Position numbers and translations under genes: made by a program. The notes under the pieces are model-generated. The model had not been told where the DNA came from and did no database searches. It was given only the letters and a program-made list of their open reading frames with translations. From positions 110,071,632 through 110,135,631 of the forward strand of contig JARFYF010000001.1 of assembly GCA_030265395.1 (NCBI GenBank): a stretch of DNA of 64,000 nt, given 5' to 3'. This DNA is from Rhina ancylostomus (Eukaryota). Below, piece after piece: positions 52,701-64,000 of the stretch (positions are counted from its first letter, which is position 1; each line of letters starts with the position of its first letter).

Positions 52701-54391
52701 GAATACATTGTAAACTGCCAGAAGACCAATCTTTCCATTGTAGCTCTGGGTGGCTGCTGATTTGCATTAACATAACTAGTTTGTTTGCAAGTCTTCCTGA
52801 AAGCAGTGTCAGGAAACAAGATGCTTTTATAGCTCCTTCAACATAAAGGTAGTCAACTCAGGGCAGTATTAAGACATATGGTACTTTGGTCTCCTAAATA
52901 GGGTTTTGGATGTTTACTGGAGCACCCCTACGGTAATGGGGAATGCAACAATTCTTAAAAAGTAGCATTGTCAATGAAAAGATTTAGTGAGGTGTGAAGA
53001 AATTTCTTGAGACTAGAGACATAATCTGGTGATCCAATTCTCCCCACTGTGTCTATTTCTGTGAAACTCCATTTGCTTTCTCCCAGTTGCCACATGCTCC
53101 CCCACCCTACCTAGCCAATCCTATAGGTTTCCCACATTGTCATGGTCTTTTGTCTTTCTGGCTTTAAACAGAAGAGCAAGGAACAAAGTTCTAAGGGGCA
53201 GGGAACATCAGGAGCTGGTGAAGAATGGTGGGATGGAGGTCAGGATCCTGCCCCTACTGCCATCAGTTACTAGGGTTTGTGCTGCCCGGCTGAACACCGT
53301 TCAAAGACAGTGCTGGGCTTTGTTCGACTGTGCAGGGATTAGGCCGAGCAGTCTGAGAATTTGCCTTCTAATTAAAAAGGATAAAAGATGGAAGTAGCAT
53401 GAGACTAAAACGTTGCAATGTTACTTCACAGGCTAGTGCCCGGTCACAAGACTTCCCAAGAAGTAGTGAAGTTCTTCAGTTTTTAGAATTACAATTTAAT
53501 CATCTTTAAAAGTAAATTTTCATTCTTTTCTGATATAACAATAGCTGTCCTTTAACAGTAACTTTAACTAGAAAATGATACCTTGCAAATTTATTTTTAT
53601 GAGTATACACAATCTAAAGATTTTATTCAAGATTAATTTGTGAACATGTAATAAACTGTTTAAGCATCACATCAATTTCTTTAATTAGAAGTTTTATTCA
53701 TTGAATTATTGTAAAGTGGTAATGCTATTTCACAACGTGGATGTTATTTGGCATTTCACCTCCCACTGGAATAAAATCTGATAAAAAAAACAAATATGAC
53801 TTATTAGTAAAGTTACCAGATAACTCCAGAATGAATTTAAAACCATGTTTAAGACTTTGCCAGCAGTCATGTGTTCAGAATGCTTTGGATGTTTTGTGAA
53901 ACACCATTTAAGTCACAAATGCTTGTAAAGGGGCTTTCATTCTTAAGAGCAATATGCCATAGCTCACTGTTACCTGTGAGATATTCTAACCTTAATATAT
54001 TAAATGTGTACAGAACTGAACAAAATACACTAAAGACACTTAGTAGCCTGTTACTCTAATTAAAACTCTGGCTGCTTGATTTATTCTGCACCATGCATCT
54101 CAGTGTCATTAAGCGTGTTCAGGTTTAACTTGTTTTGTTCGTATTTTACATATTCAAGAGCTTGATCTAGGTTCATGCTGTCATTTGTGTAAAATTAAAC
54201 AAATTGCTTTAACTTGGAGCATGTCTGGGATGTGTTCTGATTAATCTAATTCAAAGCCTTGACTCTTCCAAGTGTACTTAGGCAAATCCATGCAAAACTC
54301 CTAAATTTATGAGCAAGGAGCTCTTGACGAACACAAAAGCTCCACTTAACTGTCACAACTTTCCCTTGGCAAATCAGCAGTGGCAGTAAAT

Positions 54392-54520
54392 CAAAAACTG
54401 CAGATGCTGGAAACCTGACATAAAAACAGAAATTACTGGAAACACTTAGCAGGTCAGGTAGCATCTGTGGAAAGAGAAACAGTGTTAACATTTCAGATTG
54501 AAGATGAAGAATCTTCAGAT
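54392..54520 (-). mobile_element. Penelope-derived short element, half copy
   Basis: aactgcagatgctggaaacctgacataaaaacagaaattactggaaacacttagcaggtcaggtagcatctgtggaaagagaaacagtgttaacatttcag. Confidence 0.65.
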
Positions 54521-55149
54521 GGATGCTTCAGGTAGATGTTTGTGTGTATTGTAACAAATCATTCGGCGAGCTTATGTCAATACTGTTCAGAATGGTAAAC
54601 AAACATTTGATTCTGTGAACAAAAACTATCTGATTGTTTCCATGTGATCTCTCAGTCTTGCCTATAACTTGCAAATAACTGTTAATCTTCCCTTTTTTCT
54701 GAAACAGCTGTGAAAATTAAGAGTAGAATCTTGCATTAAGGCTGGTGTCTGCAGGTTCAGGTATGCCTAAGTAAAAGCTCAGATGCTCCATGGACCACTG
54801 GTCAAGTCAGGTGATATCAGTCACACAGAACTGGGAAGGGTCAAATTGTAGAGATATAAGCTGAGCTGTACCATATAATATGAACTGCAGATAACTAAGA
54901 ATGTCATAATGAATATCAATATCAATGATTTAAATGACAAAGTAGTTTATAAGCAAAGAAGTACCTCTATCAGAACTATTTTTAATTTTGGTAAAGCTCT
55001 GCAAAGTCAGCAGACATATAACTGAAAATCCAATATCCTTAAATTCCAGAGTTATCTAATTCTGGATTTATAGAAGGGTAAATGATTAATGTTTAAAAAT
55101 TAAAGGGTCAAGATAATATAGATTGTTCTCCATGAGAGTATGCTGAATT

Positions 55150-55800
55150 AGCAATGAATAGGGTAAATTCAAGCTTGTGTAGACTGGGACGCTGGCAAGG
55201 AGAGTGTTGGATCAGTGTAGGTATAACAAGAGCAAAGGATGAGGGCTTCAGCAATGGATGGGCAGAGGCAGGATATAATGAAGTAATATTACAGCAGTGG
55301 AAGGAGAATTGCTCATTGGCAGAGCAGATTTATGGTCAGGAACTTAGCATCAAATACAACGACAAGGGTGGGGATAGTCAGGTTCTACCTCAGACAGTTG
55401 GAAGGGCGAAGAATGCAATTAATGTCCAGAGAACTGAATTTGTAGTCTACAGGATACAATGACTTTGGACACCTCATTGTTAACTGGGAGAAATTTTTGC
55501 TTACCCAATAATGCCCGACATAGAGTGATACAATTCAGAGGTGAAGAAAAGTTTGAGAGGGAAGCTGAGAAAGAGGTTATGTCATCATGTTTTCTCAGAT
55601 AATGACAACAAGGACCAACGCATGGATAAGAAACAGGAGAGAACCAAAGATATATTGTCTGGAGATGCTGCAGTTAAAGCGCAGGGGCTGGAAGAGAAGC
55701 TATTGCAGGTGATTCTTTGGTTACAACTGGATAGAGAAGGATGAAATCAAGTTCCTCCTAGCTGAATGACAAATGGAAGATATTGGAGAAAGATGGTGTG
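55150..55800 (-). mobile_element. L2-type LINE fragment, degraded
   Basis: Purine-rich reverse of L2 RT-like sequence (ggagagtgttgga...aacaagagcaaaggatgagggcttcagc...agaagctattgcaggtgattctttggttaca). Confidence 0.45.
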
Positions 55801-56622
55801 CTCAGCAGTGCCTTTAAGCTCACTATCTCTGTGATTAATTGACAGAAAACAAGAGACAATAGATTGGTTCATGCTCAGTCTGGCTTGCCACTTGTATTTT
55901 GCCCCAAGCAATTTTCCATTGGCTGCACTTACATTTTGGAGCTCTATTGGATCAAGCAACCTGCAGGTGAGATCTTTTGGCTACACTATGAGGCAAGCAG
56001 GCTACGAGGCCTCCGATGGCACACTCTGGTGCCCTACCCTGGGGCTGCCCTTTGTCAGCTCAGGGGCACTAACAAACAATGCAAAGAGATTTAAATAATC
56101 TACATAAATAAAAACTATTAAAAAGTATAAACTTACTTAAAATACCTTAAACTATTATTAATCACACATTAACTTTTAAGTAAAATAATTGAATAAACTA
56201 TTAAGATACACTTGCCTTTTTAATCAAGCAATCTCATTCAATTGAATGGGGTAGGAGTACTGATACCAGATCTGACTGACTGGATGTAAAGTGACTTCTC
56301 ATCTCCGAGCATTTGTGTTTCTTTGCTGGACTCAGTGGTGAAACCAATGGCAGCAGCAGGTTAGTTGCTCCAGCAAATAACCATCAGCTCTTCTCTGACT
56401 TCTGTGTCTCAATGCACAAATCTAGAAGTTAGTGACCAACAGATTCAAGAGGAGGAGGTACAGTGTAACTCCAATAATCGGGCATTCTCAGGACTTTGGT
56501 GGTGCCAAGCTGGGAGATTTTCCAGATTGCTGGATATTATTCCTGTTAATACCCAACATGTTTTTAAATCACTTTGTTTAGATGTTACACATTTTTATAA
56601 TAAAATTTCCAATGAACCTGTT

Positions 56623-56738
56623 AAGTTTAAAGGGAGTGCAGAAATCTGGGCCCAGGTAAGTTTCAAGGGAATGTGGCAAACAGGGCCCTGGTGAGTCTAA
56701 AGTGGGTGCAGTAAACTGAGTTTAAAGGGAGTGCAGGA
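56623..56738 (+). repeat. Degenerate ~35-bp minisatellite (about 3.5 units)
   Basis: aagtttaaagggagtgcagaaatctgggcccaggt / aagtttcaagggaatgtggcaaacagggccctggt / gagtctaaagtgggtgcagtaaact / gagtttaaagggagtgcagg. Confidence 0.6.
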
Positions 56739-57264
56739 GATATCATCTGGTCAGATAGCAGTTTACTGAAGTTTTACTGTGGTAAGCAGTTCTCTATGCA
56801 ACTGTTAGCCAGAAGGAAGTAGAATTCAGCCAATGTCTAATTTCGCTCTTCCACTGAGTACACAACCCTCTCTCCGATACCATTTCTGAGACTTATTCCC
56901 CCCTTACAGATAGGAAAATTAAGTTGATAGTAAATTTGAGATAATGATTTTTCAAAGGGGAATTAACTGCCAAAGATATTAACCAGCCTACGTTAAAATG
57001 AAATCACAAATTTTAGTTGTAATGTCAGTGAAAAGATGCTAAATTTAGTAATGCTGAGCATACTGAAATGTACCTTTTATGAGGAATACAAAAGAGGACA
57101 GCTTTTTCTATAATGGGAACTAATAGTGAACATAATTGAAATATGCAAATTATGCAGGAAAGGCTTTACTGGCACTAACAAATAAATAACAAATATTTAT
57201 GATGCATCAACAACAATTATCAATCATACATAAGAAGCAATGGAAAAGAAATATAACTCTCCTC

Positions 57265-58370
57265 AACTCATAGAATCATAGGAAATTTACAACGCATTTT
57301 TCCTATCTTCTCGCTAATCAATTACTTTAAATCTATGCCCCCTAGTTTCTAACCACCCTGTGAGGGGAGATAGGACCTTCCTTTTCATTCTATCCAGGGC
57401 CCTCATGATTTTCTATGCCTTTAATAAGTCTGCCCTCAGCTTCCTCTGTTCCAAAGAAAGCAGCCCCAGTTTATCTAATCTTTTTGCGAAGCTACAAACT
57501 TCTATTCCTGGAAACATCTTTGTAAATTTACAGTACATCCTCTTGAGTGCAATCACATCTTTCCTGCAAGGTGGTGACCAGAAATGTGCACAATCATCAA
57601 GTGTAGCGTTGTGAGTACGCAGTTCTAGCATAACATTGCTGCTCCGATATTCTATGGCTCGATTAATGAAAGAAAGCATCCTGCGTGCCTTTCTAACCAC
57701 TATATTTATCTCTCCTGCTACCTTTAATGCCAACCTTTAGTTGGCATGCATTACAAAGTTCCCCTGCTCCCCCACATCACTCATTATGCCCCTATTTATT
57801 GTATATTCCCTTACACCACCCAAATGCAATACCTCACACTTTCCATTTTCTTCTGCCCAAATCACAAGATCAGCTAAACCCTCCCTAAGTTTAAAGCTAC
57901 TCTCCTCACTGTCAACAACATGGCCATTTTTTGTATCATCTACAAAGCTCTTTATCATGGCCTCCTACATTTAGGCCTCAACTATTAATGTATAGTTAAC
58001 AATAATGTTAATATTAATAATGTTAACAATAATGTTAACAATAATCAGAGTAGCATATACTGAGCCCAGTGGAATGCCACTGGTAACACTCTCCTGCCAC
58101 AAAAACATCTATCAACAATTACACTGCTCTTTCTACCTCTGAGACAACTTTGAATCCAGTATGTCACTCTCCTTTAGACCCACTGGGCTTTTGGGATCTT
58201 GTCAAAGCCTCGGTAAAATCCAAACAGTCTACATCCAATGCACTGTGCACATTGGCCCTCCTTGTTACCTCAAAGGATTCAGTCAGATTAATCAGACAAA
58301 ACCTTTTCTTAACAAATGCATGCTGGTTGTCCCTAATTAGTCTTTGTCTTTTTAAATTAAGGTTTGTACT
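57265..58370 (-). mobile_element. CR1 LINE RT and 3' region, fragmented
   Basis: LIRDNQHAFVKKRFCLINLTESFE...DVDCLDFTEA (58164-58427), IKSFVDDTK (FADDTK-like; 57737-57958), CAHFWSP.CRKDVIALKR...LDKLGLLSLEQRKLRADL (57413-57733). tcatagaatcatag tail at ~57270. Confidence 0.9.
57995..58045 (+). repeat. 12-bp AT-rich tandem repeat (gttaacaataat)n inside CR1
   Basis: gttaacaataat gttaatattaataat gttaacaataat gttaacaataat. Confidence 0.75.
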
Positions 58371-60329
58371 GGGAAACTTTATTACAAAGCTATAGTATAC
58401 TGTATATGGTTGTGGAATGGAATTCACAAATCAGCCAGTGGTTAAAATAAAACTTGCTAAAAGTGGATACACGCTGTAACAGTTCCTCCATTTTGTGCCC
58501 CTTTGGTACTGGCTCTGCCAGATTTGGCACTGCCCACATGTACATTCTTGATTTTTTTAAGGAAGCCAGATCTTACAGGTGTGATAATGAGATTGGTTCT
58601 TCAAAAGAAATTTGTCTTAGTGTTCTTGAGCTGATGTGTAATGTATGACCAGTATCATCTGCAAGCTCACGGGAAGAATTTTTATATAAACAGATTCAGA
58701 TATTTTTGTTCCCATTTAAAACAAAAAACACAAAATCTATTTGTGTGGCAGGAAATGAAATCCTGACAAAATAATTAGAATGAAAATATGGTAAGAGTAA
58801 CCTGTTACTAACTATGGCAAAGGTCATTCCAATGGTATAAGCTGCTCTGAATGATGAAGTGACACAGAGAAATGGATTGTTTTCAAGAAGCACAATGATA
58901 AACTGCCATTACCAGACTCTGATAAGATTAATTATTCCTTCCTAGTTTGATAGTATGTGATTCACAGACTCTTCTAACCTCTCCTGCAGGCCTGTGGATA
59001 TCCCAGTCCTTTCTATTCCAAAGACAGTGTTTGGAGAAAAGCAACATCCCATGCCACAAGTGCCAGGCCTAGAAACCTGGACTGATGAGGAATATCCTGA
59101 ATGTACTCAGGAGACAAATTTCAATCCTTTGTTAAGCATAGGCAATCACAAGTAGTAAAAAGTTCAATGGAATCCCAAAGACTAGTTGGGACAAGAACCA
59201 GAATGGCATGCTGGACTGTTCTGGTCCTTTTTTAACTATTGGTTTCTGTGACATTGCACTGGAAAATTTCATGATTGCTATAATAGAGCATTGTGGTGAG
59301 AAAGGAAGTACTGTAGCTATTCAATGTGCATGGAGGAAGCAAAATAGGCCAGAAAGGTGAAAGATCTGGGTGAAGAAGTACAGAGTTTAAGGTAAAAAAT
59401 CAAGCCCAGGTCTTCATGAACAAAGTAATAGCATTTCATGGAAAGATTTATGAGAAATAAATTATGCAGACACTAAGAAATATAAATCTGTAAATGTTAG
59501 AGTTGAAAATATTAGGTTTATGAAAATTATAAGAGTGAATATAACACAGGAAGCAATCTGCAGAGATCAGTCCTCTGATCATTTCCTACTTCAAAGTGCT
59601 TACAGGGAATGAAGAAAATTCTCCTGTCAGTATGTTCTGGCACCTTTAAGGAGAAAGACTTTATGCTTTTCTCTGAAATATTCAGCTGGTAAACAATTAC
59701 TGCAGGTCTGACTGACTACAAAATATTATTTTTCAAGTTATATTTCATAATTTATATCTAGTTTTCTCTTGACTAATGCTTGAATTGACTTGTGCATTCA
59801 CCACTAACTCCAACCTACACACCTTGTATATATATTCCATAAATTCATCACCTTCTGTGTAAAGTGGTTAAATCTGAACTCTGACTCCCTCTATATTTTG
59901 CTTACATCTTGGGCTGTGATTGCATTTATTGTTCATCATTGATTTCCCAGATGGTGACCATTGGAATCCCAATTGTGATGGTGCCTCACTATCATTATCT
60001 TTGAAAGTTTATATTGATCAGCCATGAAGCTGCATGTTACTCAGAGAGAGTAGGACTGGTAAGACCTTACCTGAAGGTACTTTTATTATCCCAGAACTAG
60101 TTTTATTAACATTGCAGAGATGCCATAACCCCAAGGACAGGTTTAGCTCAATAAGAAACTGCCGCAACTCAATCCCAGGGCAGTTAGTAATGAACAGTAG
60201 ATGTACCGACAGATATTTTCTCAAATTATTGTTCGTAATAATCTCCCCTTTACTTATGTTTCGCAGACTGATAAATGATTCCCAGATTTAGCAACAAGTC
60301 CTATGTGGGGTCTTGATTCAGAACGACAA

Positions 60330-60425
60330 AATTCCTTTCCCCCACAGATGCTGCTCGACCAGCTGAGTTCCTCCAACAGTTTGATTTTTGCTCCATATTC
60401 CAGCATTTGCAGTCTCTTGTGTCTC
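60330..60425 (+). mobile_element. Penelope-derived short element, half copy
   Basis: cccacagatgctgctcgaccagctgagttcctccaacagtt...ttccagcatttgcagtctcttgtgtctc. Confidence 0.65.
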
Positions 60426-63400
60426 TACCTAGCTGTAAGATCATACAAAAAAGCCAATAAACGCTGCTGACAGTGACTCCAATCGGAGCATTTGTGTTTG
60501 TTGCAAATACAGAAAATACGCTGCAGTCTGTGTAGCTTGTAAACTACCCTCTGTGTTCTCGGTGTTAGTTTAGTGACTTGCTAAGTTACAAGGTAAACCA
60601 GGAAGAAACACACAGACATTTATTATACACAGGGGCAAAACTTAACAATAAAATATATGAATTTTTGCTGTTTTTGACTGCTATCATATTTTAATTTTGC
60701 TAATATTAAGTATAATTTCTCCAAAAATAAATGTAATAGGATGTGCCAAATTAATTCTACAAAAATTAAATCAGTGAGGCAAGTAGAAATTCTGTGATCA
60801 GTCCTCCTAATGCAGAATTACATGGCTAACTGGCCAAAGCCTGGGATGTCCCAATAGCATAAGAAAAATCCCCAATGCAAAATACGTGAAGGTTAATACT
60901 TATTTTATATTGTATCATGTACAAACAAACAAGTATTTTAGAAATGCTAAAGGTTCTGGGGACAGAGCCAGAAAGTTGTAAGTGCAGACAAATATTGTAA
61001 GAGTAGGAGGCAAAGTGTATAATTGGGGTCAAAAGTATAAGGACCCTTTAACAAATTTCACCATAAATCACTGGCCTTTAGAAGTGTGGTAGAGCATCAT
61101 ATAGCAATTTACAAGAGAAGTGGAGAAACTGGAGGAAGGGGTAATAACTTCACTACATTAATGAAATGTTGACCTTATAGATCATTCAAAGTTATCATGC
61201 TCTAAATTTAATTTAGCTACAGACTGTGCAATTAGGTGATTTCCTACTAACTATCTTTTGTAATCTGTTGTATTGAAACATATAATAGCCAGTGAATATT
61301 ATAATATTTCTCACATAAAAGTAATCTTTCCTGTAATGTTAGGAAACCATTAAAGAACTCAGCCTTCTGCTGTACATTGTGAAATCATGGTGATTTTTGA
61401 CATTGGTAAATAACATAGGTGTACAACTGAATAAGGGTTCTCAGCAATTAAAATTCTGGAGCTGTATAAGTATATGTAAAGTAGTATATAAGGCTTTTTG
61501 GCCTTCCCCTTGTTGTTTGTATGATCATCCAGATGTCTTAACTGTATGCTATGTTATCTTATATGTTGCACTCAAACTGTATGCTTATCTGAGTTTTATT
61601 TTGAAGGATTTACCACCTTTATAAATTTTGATCTAATATATCAACCCATTTGACATTTTATTCACCAATTACAATGGTAAATATGAATCATGAATGATAA
61701 ATTATGCTTGTCAATATTGTTTTGAGCTCCCACTCATGATCTGTAATACCAGTGTAAACCATTTCATGAGGAATAGCATGCTACAATTTAAAAAAAATCT
61801 GCCTGTGGCTTTGTTCAGTGTCAACTATAAAGACATGGATCGCCAAGCTCATGTAAAGGCAACTTTTCATCTTGCCTTGAATTTCTGCCACATTGATCTT
61901 GGTGATGTCAAAGGAACAGATGCCATACGTATATACGTTTGAAGGAAAGATTGGCAATATGTCACAGTATAAAGCAAAAACCATATGTAGGATGGATTAT
62001 ACATCAATGCAATTATGATAGCATCAACCAGACAGCTGTTCTACTCCAATAAAGCTAAAGCTAAATGATAAAACTGAATGATACTTCCCTAAAATAAGTA
62101 AATTTCACATGAACCAACATAATTTGTGAAAGTGTTTATGTAAATTAGCTTGCTTGAAATTTGCAAGTTTCTGTGTCTAGCTTGTTAAAGTAAATTGAAG
62201 CATAAAACATTCATTTTAAATCATAGAAATGAAAAATCACAGATTAAGATGTTTCAGATTAAGGGATGGTGCAATGTTTTATGTGTGAACTAATTATCAC
62301 TATATGACCATTTAATGAATAATATGGCACTCCCAGCCCAATTAAGCTGATGTAACAGCATTTAGCTTATTTTCCCATTTGAAAAAGCCAAGAAGAGATC
62401 ATTGTTAAGGACCATCTTGTGTTTGCTGGATGAAGTCCCAATTACTTCTTGCTGTTTTATATGTGTATTACTGTTGCTATGGAGCTCACTAAAACTAGTT
62501 AAGCTGCATATAGCTCTCTGCTTGGAGTGAATGTTGTACAGTTCATGGAGTATGGCAGTTTGTGACTTTCATTACTTAGTTTAGAACAGAAGAATCAAGC
62601 AGTGTCAGCAATCCACCTGATTACATTCCAAGTCTCCATTATTGGACTTGGTATTAGTCACTTCATTTTCCACATTTCTTCATGTAGCTCAAGCCAGATG
62701 TTTTCGAAAGGCATATTGAATTGTTTCCATTAGGTCTATTCCAAGCTGCACCGAGTAGCTTAATAAAGGGGCTACCGTCCTGAAAGCAGGTGGAGGGGGT
62801 CAAGTAAATAGAGCCCATATGATTTTACACATAACCAAAATAAAAAAGGTTTTCTTTTCTCTCTTGGTGTGAATCCAGTTATTACAAATGTGACCACTCA
62901 ACAAAAATAATCACTAGCATGCTGATTAATTTTATAGTTTGTGCAACTATTAAAAGCCTATATTTTGCATTAAAAAAAAGAACTGTTTGTAAAACTCCTT
63001 GGCACCAGCAACACTAGTCAATATAATCTGTAATGCTGCCTGTATCAACAATATCTATTAGAATAAAAATCTAATATTTAAATGAATTCTCCATAATTCC
63101 CTACTTCCGGCCTCATGTTACATTTGAGATTTTTTTTTGAATTACGATGTGGACAACTAACCATAGGTGCGACAAAAAAAAGCTACATCACAAGCTTATG
63201 GTACACAGGGGATAAGTAAACTCTACTGCCAAGAAGGAAGCACTGGATAATATAAACTTTATGGAACATGTGATATCAGNNNNNNNNNNNNNNNNNNNNN
63301 NNNNNNNNNNNNNNNNNNNNNNNNNNNNNNNNNNNNNNNNNNNNNNNNNNNNNNNNNNNNNNNNNNNNNNNNNNNNNNNNNNNNNNNNNNNNNNNNNNNN

Positions 63401-64000
63401 NNNNNNNNNNNNNNNNNNNNNNNNNNNNTTTTAGGTATTTGTATCATTTAAGATTTTAATTAGTGCAAAACTGATAAAAACAGCTGGATCTATAATTGTC
63501 ATTTCAAAACAGTGGGTTTCTTGGACAAGGTCAAGTTATTAGAATGCTTATTTACACCCCCAGGACCTTTTTGTTCCATTGGGGGTGTCTATCACTTGCC
63601 ATTAAGTGTACATGTTTAGAAATTGCATGCAGAGTATCAGCAGTCTTGTCTGAGATTCCCCACTATCCCAGCCAAGCTAGTACTGCCCATGCATTTTCTT
63701 CATCATTTCAGTGAGTTCTGTATGTGAGCCAGCACATTCTTAAGCAAATGATCCAGTAAGCATGGTTACTGGCTCCTGAGCACAGGCTGTCTGAGTGTCA
63801 GCTCTTACTACTTAGCGGGAGTTTTTGAGTAACTAAAAGCACAAGTTCAGGTTATCAGTTTGATCAGAGTTGTTGGGGTAAATTGCAGTTTTATTTAGGT
63901 AGCTGATGCATTCAAGAAGGAAGCCATGTTCTTTAAATCTTCGGACTGGAATTGTTGACGCCTCAGGTACTCTGGCTTTACAATGAATGACTGCTGTGTT

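Noticed and set aside
56802-56822. LLAR codons as the possible start of the next GGA exon
   Set aside because: No AG acceptor (tatgcaa) and a stop after six codons.
59076-59112. cctgga-CTGATGA-gga-ata-tcc-tgaatgta-ctcagg resembling a hammerhead
   Set aside because: No GAAA directly after stem II and an imperfect stem I; likely chance.
479-63714. Most ORFs in the six-frame track
   Set aside because: Short random ORFs, ORFs running through Ns or microsatellites, or TE fragments; none support host genes.

Overview
AT-rich, repeat-dense vertebrate genomic DNA. The repeat types (CR1/HER1-type LINEs, a V-SINE, Deu-SINEs, Penelope remnants) point to a cartilaginous fish, probably a ray or skate. 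It is a draft assembly with 15 N-gaps. The only host coding sequence I can support is one 101-nt exon on the + strand (51865-51965) of a GGA-family clathrin adaptor (GGA1- or GGA2-like, VHS-GAT linker). I found no neighbouring exons, so the window appears to be mostly very large intron. The rest is decayed CR1, RTE, L2, Tx1 and Penelope retroelements, SINEs, microsatellites and several unique blocks that may be conserved non-coding elements. The most interesting signal is a family of short, often palindromic, non-coding Penelope-derived insertions, three of them with clear target-site duplications (TSDs), that carry a minimal type-I hammerhead ribozyme motif (best copy 4136-4171, minus strand). 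Also notable are a ~170-bp inverted-repeat pair (21764-22756) and a Tx1 fragment bracketed by inverted repeats. All family assignments are from recalled motifs; no searches were run.
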